From: Heteronotia binoei
Lineage: Eukaryota
Direction of reading: 5' to 3'
Assembly: GCF_032191835.1 (NCBI RefSeq)
Contig: NC_083230.1
Coordinates: 32,364,001-32,428,000, forward strand
DNA length: 64,000 nt
Below, one piece after another: positions 37,201 to 48,221 of this stretch. Position 1 is the first letter of the stretch. The number at the start of each line of letters is the position of its first letter. The notes beneath the pieces were generated by a model. It had not been told where the DNA came from. It saw only the letters and a list, made by a program, of their open reading frames with translations, and searched no databases. The position numbers and the translations under genes are program-made.

Positions 37201-37690
37201 CAGGGGTCCCCAACCCCCGATCCATGGACCGGTATTGGTCTGTGGCCTGCTAGCAACTGGGCCATAAGTTGTATGATTATTTCATTATATATTACAATGT
37301 AAGAAGATGACGACGACATTGGATTTATATCCTGCCCTCCACTCTGAATCTCAGAGCAGCTTACAATCTCTTTTATCTTTCTCCCACACAAACAGACACC
37401 CTGTGAGGTAGGTGAGGCTGAGAGAGCTCTCACAGAAGCTGTCATTTCAAGGACAGCTCTGCAAGAACTATGGCTGACCCAAGGCCATTCCAGCAGCTGC
37501 AAGTGGAGGAGTGGGGAATCAAACCCAGTTCTTCCAGATAAGAGTCCACTCACTTAATCATTACACCAAACTAACAGAAATAAAGTGCACAATTGTATCA
37601 TCCAAAAACAAATGTGCACCCTCCCAGTTCCTTGGAAAAGTTGTCTTCTACAAAACCGGTCCCTGGTGCCAAAAAGGTTGGGGACCACTG
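37201..37690. mobile_element. MER1/Charlie3 (OC1-like) hAT non-autonomous element, interrupted by a SINE
   Basis: Ends CAGGGGTCCCCAACCCCC..GGACCGGTA and AAACCGGTCCCTGGTGCCAAAAAGGTTGGGACCACTG; internal GTTGTATGATTATTTCATTATATATTACAATGTA..AGAAATAAAGTGCACAAT; 8-bp TSD GGTTGGAA/GGTTGCAA. Confidence 0.85.
37302..37572 (-). mobile_element. Squam2-like SINE (tRNA head, L2-type tail) nested in the MER1-like element
   Basis: Reverse complement of the SINE at 42974-43251. Confidence 0.88.
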
Positions 37691-38844
37691 GGTTGCAAGA
37701 CAGCAAGGGGAGGCACTCACCTAGAGGCCTTTAGTGGTACCTTTCAAGGTTGGTGGAAAAATCCTGGAGATTCTGTAATGGAGTTTTAGAAGGCCATAGG
37801 GGTGGTGTCTGCCAGACACAGGCTCTTGCTGTGGAAGCTGACTGGCTGATTTCGGATTTCCAGCCTAACCTGCCTCACAGGGTTCTTGTTCAGATCAAAG
37901 AGGGAAAGGAGAATGATGTAAGCTGCTTTGGTCTCTCCCACACTGTGAAGTAAGAATGTCCTTTTCCTATGTAGAGGCTTTAGGGAGGGGGAAGGCAATA
38001 GAAACCTGAAGTCAGAGAGGCAGACAGAGGGATGGCTCCACCTGGGGGTTGGCTACCCTATGCCTGGCTGCTTGCTACTGTTCAGCATCAGCCCCCCATG
38101 ACAGCCACTGTGGCATAGGAGTTAGGCTTCATAGTGGGATCTGCCAGACCCCAGGTTTTTGCTGTGGAAGCTTACTGGGTGATAGCAAACCAATCACACA
38201 CTTCCAGCCTAACCTGCCTCACAGGGTTGTTGTTCAGATCATATGGGGGGGGGAAGAAGAGAATGATGTATGCTTTGGTCCCCCCCCACACACACACTGT
38301 GAAGAAAGACTGTCCTTTTCCTATGTAGAGGCTGCAGGGAAGGGGAAGGCAATGGAAACCTGAAGTCAGAGAGGCAGATAAAGGGAAGGAGGTAGAATTG
38401 CCAACTCCAGATTAGGAAATTCCTGGAGATTTAAGGGGTGAGGCCTGTAGAGGGTAGGGTTTGAGGAAGGATAGGACCTCAGACAGCTACAATGCCATTG
38501 ACAATTGCTCTCTAAATGGCAGAGATCAGCTGCCCTTGAGGTGGGGGGGGGAGTCAATGCCTTCACTTGGGTGGGTGGGAAGACAGCAAGGGCAGTGGGC
38601 ACTCACCCAGAGCCTCTTTCTAGAGCCTGTTGTATTCTTCTTCACAATGGACCTTACTCCTAGTAAGTCAATAAATAGCTTTCCAAAATATGGGATAACG
38701 GGAACTTAATATAATTTGACCTGTAGTTATTCAATCTAAAGCGTTTCAGTATCAGCACTTGCCTATTATGGACCCATGAACAGCTTTGACTGAGCAACAA
38801 TGTATTTCTTATACTCCAAGTTCACTTTTTGGGTTATTTTCATT

Positions 38845-39701
38845 CAGGCCTGGGGGGCATGGCCCTTCATTAAACACCTCTTCCCCCTGTAGGGCCCCTC
38901 CTTCCAGTGCCTCTGCCACTGCCCCACCGCCGCCCACCCCTTCCCTTCCCATTGCAGCCCCCCCACACATTGCATTGCCCGCTGCGACTTGTGTCTTCTC
39001 CGTCAACCCGCCACCGCCCACCCCTTCCCTTTGCACACACCCCCAGCACACCGCCTGCTCGCCCACCGTGGCAGCCTGTGTCTCCTCCACTGGCTCACCA
39101 CAGCCGCTACTGCTGCCCACTTCTCCTTCCCATCACATCCCCCCCACACCTCCCCACTGCACCTCCTCCTCCCTCCATTCCCCACCTCGTGTAGATTTCC
39201 AAGTCGGAACCAGTTCTAGTGCTGCGTTCCAGCTATCTAAAGTGCCCCCCCTGTGGATGGCTCGAGCGGTGGGTAAAACAGCGCTGTGGGGCCGCTCTCA
39301 CAGTCTGTCAGGACCAGCCTCGCTGCCGCTGACTCCTCCCTTCCCCACTTCCTGGATGGGAGAGGAGTCAGCAACAGCGAGGCTGCACTGTCAGGACTCC
39401 GGTCCTGACAGATTGTGAGAGCGGCCCCGCAGCACAGTTTTACCCGCCGTTCCAGCCATCCATGGGAGGGGGCGCTTTAGATGGTTGGAACGTGGCGCTA
39501 GAGCCAATTCCGGCTTGGAAATCCACACAGGGTGGGGAACGGAGGGAGGAGGAGGCACAGGGGGCAAACTGGTGGAGTCTGCATGAAGGACTCCTCAAGA
39601 GAAGCCATCTGTGCAAACGGGGCCATCTGGTCCCGTGGCCCCCCCACCAGAATTTTTACCTTGGGGGCCCCTCCACCCAAAATTTTCTGGCTACGGGCCT
39701 G
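38845..39701. mobile_element. hAT MITE with a large internal inverted repeat
   Basis: Perfect 8-bp TSD TTTTCATT (38837-38844 and 39702-39709). Ends CAGGCC and GGCTACGGGCCTG. Confidence 0.82.
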
Positions 39702-42109
39702 TTTTCATTACACAAGAACAAAAGTTCATTAGTCTGGCAGCACATTTAGTGTAACTGTAACATTTTACTACCCAGTTTATTATCCAGAGAGATCTGGTTA
39801 AGACAAAAAGGAAACAAGATGCACAGTGAAGAGGAGAGTGATATGTTTTTCACCAGACATTTAGTTCTGTACTCTACTGTTATTATTGATGCTGACTGAT
39901 AATATTTTACTATTTTAATCACTCTTATATGATACAAAGTAGCAATCTACATTGGAACATATCTCTAAGCCCATGTAGACAAATATTTAATAACTCAATT
40001 TTATCACACAGATGGAACATGCTATCATGGAGGGACACTCAGTGCATAGTCAAATTTTGGCATGATGCTACTGATGACCTAGCTACCCTTGGTAAGAGGT
40101 CACTACACAGAAATCTCATGAGGGATGAAGCAGCCTGTCTCGGGCAGCATGGAATTTAGTGTACCATTATGGGGCGTCAAGTTATTGATAGTTTAGCTTA
40201 TTACTACATATTTGAGTTGGATGTTTTGATTTATTAATTGGAAGCACTGGATTGGCACTGAGATTATTTGATTGACTGATAGAGGCCTTGGTGGGCCTTG
40301 TGAGGGCAGAAAGGTGAAAAAAAAATTTTTGTAAATGAATTTAAAAAATTGTCCATAGAGATTTAAGCACATACAATGCCTCACTCATTATGCCACTGAC
40401 TAAAATTGGGAAGAATGGGGAGGAAACCGGAAAACCAGTAGAAGAAACAGCAAAGCTGTGCTGATTCCATTTCCTGTCTGGTTTTTAGCAGGCTCTGGCT
40501 TTTGGAGAAACAAAAGCTGCAATAGCTCCTGCCTTTCCTCCCACTGCAACAGACCCAACAACTGTAGCAACAGATAGATATTCAAGGCTGTATTTCTCTG
40601 CCCTAGGGAACAATATAGGAAAAAAACACCAGTCCTATTGGTTCTCAGTTGTCACTGTTCCTTGGTCTGAAAGCACACACAGAAGAACAGCAGTCACATA
40701 CCTTGTTCTGTTTGATAAAGAAATATGAACTCTGAAGAAGCTTTTGATCCCAAGGAATATCAGATGCTCCTTGGATGCCATTAATAACCATGGTACTGAA
40801 ACCACACCTAACAGCATTTCACAAGGTACCGGTTTTTGATACCTGAATGCATCTTAAATCCAACAATACAGTCCAGGTAGAGGTTTATGTATTATTTGTA
40901 TCATGCAGTACACAGATTGCCTTCATCAGGAGTAGTTCTGAAGTCTTCAAAACAGTATGCAAGAAGTTCTGAAAGCTATCTTTAAAAATTCAAGCGTAAA
41001 ACTCAGCAAATAGGTCTACCATTCATTCGGATAGCAAGAATGGAACTTCAAGGGCTTTGAGACTCCTGCACGCATGCCAATGGCCAGATAATAGCCTAGG
41101 GCCTAATGATTATCTTTGCCAAGCACTACATCTCTATCCCCAGAACAGCCAGTTTTTGTTTTTGGAATTATTTATTTAATTTTTTGCTATGTGCTCTCCA
41201 CTATACATCGGAAGCCCAAGTTGTGGGTGGTTTCTAAGCCTTAAAGCAAACTGTTTGCAATATCTTTTATCTGCAACAATAAGGACTACAAATGTGAAAT
41301 GTTTTAGTCTCATAAAGCCTAGTGCTCTGCCGGATCCCATGTGTACTGTATGGTTTCTACAGCTTTAAGCAAAAAAAGCCTCTGCTTCTTCTGTGACCTG
41401 TCAACCAAACAGTTTAAATGCAAGGAACTCCTTTTAAGGAGCCCTAACAGCGAAGATATACGCAGGAACTGGTAAAGCCTGTTCAATATGCTTGAAGATC
41501 AAAATGCACATTTTGCTTGAAAAACACTTCTATGCCTGTGTGGAGTTGCTGACATGAAAACAAGATCTTAGATATCACAAGTACACAAAGCTTTAATTAA
41601 ATACTACTGAGCTGGTGTCACCAACAAGAAGGGGAACTTCATGCAATATTCTTAATTATAAATAGATCATTTTCTACAGGGACTCTAAGGCAAATTATTT
41701 TAAGAGGAGGTAGACATTACGAAGTACATAAGTTAGGTGTATTAAAGTAGGTTTGGAATTGTTTCATTTTAAGTTAATTCAAAATGTTTCTTCAAGTGAA
41801 AAATGACTTTGGAATAAATCAAGACAAGTAAAATCTTATTTTTTTCATTTTGGGGCACCCATTATACTTCAAAATACAAGTCCTTTATCACATAAAAATA
41901 TTTCTGGTTTATAAGAACTGGAGAGGATGATAATGCAAAGAATATGGGGTTTTGATTTGGCCCAAGGGGTACCTCATTTATTGCATACAGAATAAGGAAA
42001 AATGCTTCAGAAAAGCAAAGGGGGGGCGGGGGGAGGCAGAGAAACTCTCCTGTTTCCAAGCTATTGTTTGCAGACTGCAAGTTCTACTCTGCTTCTTTTT
42101 TTATAAGAA

Positions 42110-42344
42110 GAGAGCCAGTTTGGTGTAGTGGTTAAGTGTGTTGAATCTGGGAGACCCAGATGTACTTGCTGAGTGATCTTGGGTCACTCATAACTGTCTC
42201 AGAGCTGTTCCTCTCAAGAGCAGTTCTTGAAAGAGCTCTCTCCACCCCACCTACCTCACAGGGTGTCTTTTGTAGGAAAGGAGATTGTAAATCACTCTTG
42301 AGACTCTGTGTAAAGCGCAGGGTATAAATCCAATATCTTCTTCT
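42110..42344 (+). mobile_element. Squam2-like SINE (internally deleted)
   Basis: Head GAGAGCCAGTTTGGTGTAGTGGTTAAG and tail GGGTATAAATCCAATATCTTCTTC. Confidence 0.85.
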
Positions 42345-42566
42345 TTGATTGGAGGGTGGAGAGCATGGGGCTTGCCTTGCTGAGAGAGGGAGGTGAGATA
42401 GGGTGGCATGAGACTGGCAGCTGGTGGCAATGTGAACAATAAAATAAAATAAAAAGTAAGTTGGGGGGCCTAGGTAAGTCTTGGTGGTAAGTCACCAGCT
42501 GGAAGTGACTGGATTTCAGCATACATCAAGTAAACTCAGAGATTTCATATTTTGAAGATATAGCAC

Positions 42567-43610
42567 TAGGAGTGTGCACAAAAAATGGTATTTTTCAGAT
42601 TCGGGTATACCAAACCTGAAAAATATTGGTATATACTGATATTCCTAAATCCCAGTAGTAGTATTGAATGGGAAATTGCCTTCCTTTCAATTGTGGAGTC
42701 ATGCCACCACTGTAGAATAAGGAAGGGGAGGTATTTAACAAGCCCCCTCCCTTATCCAGGGTGGCACCAACTTGGTAGAATACGTCCATTACTGAAGGGA
42801 AGGCAAAATGCCTTCTCTTTACTTGTGCAGGTGTGCCATTGCTGTGGAACAACTTGGGAAGGGGAGACATTTAAAGAGCCCCCCCCCCCCATAGGTGAAG
42901 AGAAAGCAAACTGTGGAGGTATGCCACCGTTGCAGAGCAACTCGAGAGAGACATTTTAAAAGCCCCCCATTTACCAGTTTGGTGCAGTGGTTAAGTGCGT
43001 GGACTTTTATCTGGGATAACCAGGTTTGATTCCCCACTCCTCCACTTGCAGATGCTGGAATGGCCTTGGGTCAGCCATAGCTCTTGCAGCACTTGTCCTG
43101 GAAAGGGCAGCTTCTGGGAGAGCTCTCTCAGCCCCACCTACCTCGCAGGGAGTCTGTTGTGTGTGTGTGTGGGGGGGGGAGGTAAAGGAGATTGTGACCA
43201 CTCTGAGATTCAGAGTATAGCGCGGGATATAAATTCAATATCTTCTTCTTCTGGAGTCATCCTGCTACTGTAGTGCAAATTTTCCATGCTTGACTTGTAG
43301 AGTTACACCACAGAGGTGGCACAACTCAGTGAGACATGCCGGTGGTTTGGCAAAAGCCATTTAAAACCCATGAGGAACCCAGAAGTAGAGTGAGTTCACC
43401 TGGAAGGTGGGTGAAGTTGCACTGCTTTAGAAAGTGAAGCTGAGCCCGAATACAAGCTGAATAATATTGGCTTTTATTTGGGGGCTCAGCTAGATCAGTA
43501 GCTGAATCAGATTAGAAAATCTGATTTGACTAAATAAATACCTGAAAAATACCAATCAGGTATTTTTGGGGTATTTATTCTAATTGGTACATACTGAGTG
43601 CACATTCCTA
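42567..43610. mobile_element. hAT MITE (TAGGAGTGTGCAC TIR) with a nested SINE
   Basis: TIRs TAGGAGTGTGCAC and GTGCACATTCCTA. Perfect 8-bp TSD TATAGCAC (42559-42566 and 43611-43618). Confidence 0.88.
42974..43251 (+). mobile_element. Squam2-like SINE, near full length
   Basis: A-box TGGTGCAGTGGTTAAG, B-box GGTTTGATTCCCC, L2-like tail GCGGGATATAAATTCAATATCTTCTTCTTC. Confidence 0.88.
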
Positions 43611-43739
43611 TATAGCACTTCCTGAGAACAACTAGATGTTGTATGTTAGCAAAATACACAGTACTGGAATCCTAAACATTTTAAGACTTGTCAACTGAAT
43701 TTGAAAGGGACTTCAGTGAAGTAAAAGGTTCTATTGGCT

Positions 43740-43826
43740 GTATAATCTAATCATATAAATATAATCTGTATAACATAATCTAATCATATATATGATCATA
43801 TAATCATATATAATCTAATCATATAA
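43740..43826. repeat. Degenerate AT-rich tandem repeat (ATAATCTAATCAT core, three copies)
   Basis: ATAATCTAATCATATA recurs at about 43742, 43776 and 43810. Confidence 0.7.
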
Positions 43827-44661
43827 AAAGACTTTCCATGGGAATTAGTTATGAACATCTCTCTTGCAACAAAAATGGGCCTAATGCAAGAGATTTCTAC
43901 TAAAAGAAAAATAAAACGATGGTGAGGTGTATCCAGCCACCTGTGGACTTTGCAGAGTGGGACTTTCTCAGTATCCCTAAAAGTCCACTGAAACTTTTTT
44001 TCTGGAGGTCATCAGCCTCTCAGGGACAGCATCACGGGCAAAGTAAGGGTCTGCAGTGGTAAGGAAGAATTGGCAATAATTGTTGCTCTCCCTTCTGAAG
44101 ACTCAAATAATTGGAATAGCAAGGTTGGGTTCATGCCACTGTTGATTACAGGAGAAGATTTAACAGGGCTTTAAGTTAATCTTTAAGTTCATTTTTATCT
44201 TATCTTACTGAGTATGCAAGTTATATTTTCAGAATAAATTTCTATGCTTCTGGTTTTCAAAATGTCCTAAGTTTTCAGGATATGACAGGCTAGCAAAGCC
44301 AAGCAAAACACATAGATGATACTGAAAATTCTGAGCTCTCTGAATGCAAATTGGGCTAAAAGTTTTTTAAAAAGGAATAAAACTTGCAGCCATTGTTGAG
44401 AAGTCTGCAACCTATAATTGGTTAACTGACAAAAGTAACTGTTTATATGGTTCTAGGAAAAAAAACACAAAGGAAAAAAGCCCAAAGAAAAAAACCCATG
44501 GACATAAATGCTCACAGGAAAAAAGCCCCCACGGAAACATGCCCACATGGAAATAAACCCACATCGAAAGAAGCCCCCATGGGGAAAAGCACCCATGGAA
44601 AAATATGTAAAGCACCATAGATGTTTATAATTGTGGAATAGGATTGCCATAGAATAGGGAA

Positions 44662-44996
44662 TAGGGTTGCCAAGTCCAATTCAAGAAATATCTGGGAACT
44701 TTGAGGGTTGAGACAGAAGAAGGTTGTGACAAGCACAATTAAACTTCAAAGGGAGTTCTGGCCATCACTTCTAAAGGGACCACACTCCTTTTAAATGCCT
44801 CCCCCCCACAGGAAATAATAAAGGATAGGGGCACCTTCTTTTGCAGCTCATAGAATTGGACCCCCTGGTCCAATCCTTTTGAACCTTGGAGGGGATTTTG
44901 GGGAGAGGCACTGGATGCTGTGCTGCAAATTTGGTGCATCTACCTCAAAAAACAGACCCCCCCAGAGCCTACCAGTGGATTAATTCTCCATTATAC
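44662..44996. mobile_element. hAT MITE, TAGGGTTGCCA-TIR family, truncated
   Basis: Starts TAGGGTTGCCAAGTCCAATTCAAG and aligns with the 32175 copy. Confidence 0.82.
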
Positions 44997-45099
44997 CATT
45001 TTTTAAATTAATTCCAACTATGTTTATTGATTTCTTCCTTCCAGATACTTGCCAGAATCAGTCCTGCTTAACTTCTTAGATCTATGAGGCCTTAACTAC

Positions 45100-45560
45100 T
45101 TCTGCTATCCCAAAAACCATACATATTGACATTCCAAAAACCCCAAAACCATACATATTGTCATTCCTGAAAAGTATAGGCAAGTGATACCTCACAATTC
45201 CGGTGTGGAAAAATTCAGACAGAATTCTGATTTTAGGTGATAGAGATCTTATGCTTGAATTAAACAAAGAATGTTTGAAATAATAAAGCTATGGATTCCA
45301 GATAAACTGTTGTGGAGGCACAATGCTCTTAATTCCTTGTTCCATTTCAGTCATCCCAGTATGTGGTCTCTATTTTATGGACTGCAGAGGGACCTGGCTT
45401 GTCCCAAACTAACATTGGCTAATGTACAGGCAGGTTGCCTAGAGGTAGAAAAGAGGAAATATGAGCTACTACATTACATGGCTGCCACTTCTGTGCAACA
45501 ATATGAGCAGGTGTAAGATAAACTTAGTCGCTTAAAGAGATTGGCTCATTTGGATTAAGA
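45100..45560 (+). pseudogene. MULE transposase remnant (segment before the first Asp fused to the C-terminal Glu region)
   Basis: Conceptual translation across frameshifts: AIPKTIH.IVIPEKYRQ..HNSGVE.SDRILILGDRDLMLELNKE, then G....NCC..HNALNSLFHFSHPSMWSLFYGLQRD..KRKY..KLSRLKRLAHL. This follows the recalled MULE pattern DSG..RILIF / RTNN..EGWHN.LN..HP.IW. Confidence 0.7.
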
Positions 45561-47267
45561 AATATATCTGAGTTATTATTGTTGTTGTTAAATAATTTTT
45601 GCTTTTACTATTAGGGTTAGATAGTCTTTTGTCGTAGTCACTGGGTGTACCACAATGTATTAACATTAAAAAGTTTGACAAATTGTGGAACTTCCGATAT
45701 TGGCGACCCAACCTAGAAAGCGACCCAGGTTAGCTCCTGAGAGTTGCTCTCTAGTCAGATAATGGAGAGCCCTCCCCGATGGCGGGGGCTTGAATCACGG
45801 ACCCCGGGGAGGTCCGTTCAGGCAGGCAGCTTGAAGAATGGGATGGAGCTAACAGTGGCAGCTGTACTCGGATCCCTTCTTCGCCGAGAGCATCACTGCC
45901 CCGATCGCCATTTTAAATGCCACAGGAGTTGAACATCGAACTTTTCTTCTTCTTCTTTCTCTTCATTTCTTCTCCATGATTCTGCATGATTTGATTTGAT
46001 TGATCTACGATACCTGAATACTTGGCTGTAAGTCCTTTTATTCCTTTTTGGGAGGAATATGGAGCAGTATTGGGGCAAGCGTGAAGGAGGAAAGCGGGGG
46101 GGCGGGGAATCACCCAGCTCCCTCTTCTCCTGTTGCAAGGCTTCTAAAAGACTTTGCCTGGATCTTTTGCCCACGTATTAACTCACTCTGGTTTAGACTT
46201 TCCTAAGTTCACATCAACTTTATTTAAAACTGATTGAGTCTCCAGGAAACTTCTCCCTTTAAGCTGCAGTAGTTTGGAAGCTTAAAAGTGAGCTCATCAA
46301 GTGGTGAGGAGTACTAGCTGCTTGTAGGAGTTCATTATCAGAAGGATGGAAGATTGTTATTTGGAATAAAACTTTGCTGGTCTTAAATGCTCAAAATTTA
46401 TTGGAAAAGAAGAGAAGGGAAGATTGTTCTGTTGTTCTGAATAAAGCTTTGCTGGTCTTAAATAGATGGGAAGGATGCAGTTTTTAGTGGATTATAAGGA
46501 GGAACTATGTTGGGAAGATGTAAAGCATCTTTACTTTGGTTTTTTTTTCCTTTGGGTTTTTGCAAGCTATATTTTTGTGGACTATAAAACCACTGTGGGA
46601 ATATATGGGTTTTTTTTTTTTGTTTTATCCTTTTTGGTGTAATTATAAACTAATTTTCCTGTTTTTGAACATCATGGTGATTGCCTGGGGTTTTTTTAAA
46701 TCTTACTCTCCCCTTTTTGCTTTTTGAGCTGACTGGATATAAGAATTGTTTGTTGACTTTTGAAAGAAGTGCAACTGATGGGTCTTGGCAGCGTTGGATT
46801 ATAATTACTGGTGTGGTTTCAGTGAAGGTGTAATCATTTCCGTGTGGCATCCCAGGATTATAATTTGTAACTCTATCACAAATCATGGGATTATCTTCAA
46901 AATTAGGATTGTCAGATTTATTGAATTTGATTGGGGGGGGGGGTTCAATCCAAAAGGCCCCCATTGTCTGTTTGACTTTAGGGTACATGGTGATATTGGA
47001 TATGTGGATGGTTGTTTTGGTGAAAGTGCATTATTGAGTATATTATTAACCATTATTTAGGTTTTTCTAGCTTGTTGAAAGAAGAAGGAAGTGATTGCTT
47101 TTAAACAAAGTATTATCTTCTCAAAATATTGATATTGTTTGGCAGCTACCAGAAGAGTTGATAGGAAAAGGAACATCTGGTCCTATAACAATTGGAGGAA
47201 ATGAAAACTTATACGTTTTTTCTTTTGCCTGGTTAAGACGGTATTATAAAAAAAGGATTTTACAATA

Positions 47268-48151
47268 TGATGGCATCCGGGTTCAAGGAGGCAGCAAAAA
47301 AAAAGAGATAATAGAGGGCAGAGCAACAACCCCGTCTCCCAGCTTTTCAGGCGGCCCTGAAAAGCTTACAGTCACAACTATGCAGGGAGACATGAAAGAA
47401 ATGCAGAATACGCTCCTAACAGCTACAGCACAACTGACAGACAAGGTGGACGATATAGGAGAACAAATGACAGAAATTAAACAAGAATTACAGGAAAATA
47501 GAAAACAGACAGAAGAGACAAACAAAGCCATATAGGCATTAGATACGCAATACTCAAAAGGTGGAACAGCTGGAAAAAGAGCAGGAATTATATGATACCA
47601 GACTTCTTCAGCTGGAAATTGAGAGAGCAGCTTACATGCTGAGATTCCAAAACGTCCCAGAAGACAAATCTGAAGACTTGCAGAAAATGTTAAGCCAAGC
47701 TCTCTCAGAAATTCTACAATTGCCTCCAGATAAAATAGAAGACGAGATTGACCAAGTTAAGCGGGTGCCTTCAAGTTTCACAAGGAGAAACAAATTGCCT
47801 AGCGAAATACATTTGAAACTCACAAAGAAAAAAACTAGAGATAATATTCTGAGGCAAGCGAGAGATAAGACGGTGGTAATTGCAGGAAATACGGTGAATA
47901 TTCTTAGAGAAGTTCCATGGCCAGTCAGACAGAAGAGAAGAGAACACCAAACATTGACAAACTTCTTAAAAGAGAAAGAGGTACCGTACACTTGGCTAAT
48001 GTCAGAAGGCCTACTTTTTACCTACCAAGACAATAGATACAGGATCAATTCTATTTTCAAAGCTGAAAACTTTCTGGAGAAAATGGAGGAGAAAGAAGGA
48101 AGAAAAGGGAAGAGGAAGAAGGGAACCCTCAGAAGGCGAAGATTCAAGTGA
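47268..48151 (+). pseudogene. L1 ORF1p remnant (coiled coil, RRM, CTD)
   Basis: Heptad-rich N-terminal part (47095-47535 frame), then LRFQNVPED..DEIDQVKRV..NKLPSEIHLKL..ILREVPWPVRQKRR..YTWLMSEGLLFTYQ. One stop and one frameshift. The start position is approximate. Confidence 0.88.
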
Positions 48152-48221
48152 AGCCAAGGAATTCTCAACAAGGGCTCAGACCAAAAAAGATAAAAAAGAT
48201 TGTGATTAAAAAAAATCCATA

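Noticed and set aside
38786-39418. 210-codon Pro/Ser/Thr-rich ORF
   Set aside because: Low-complexity reading of a C-rich MITE interior bounded by an 8-bp TSD.
44449-44637. Regularly spaced short repeats suggesting a CRISPR array or satellite
   Set aside because: The units are contiguous and degenerate with no unique spacers, and they have an inverted partner at 52407-52561. They are transposon TIRs in a vertebrate genome.
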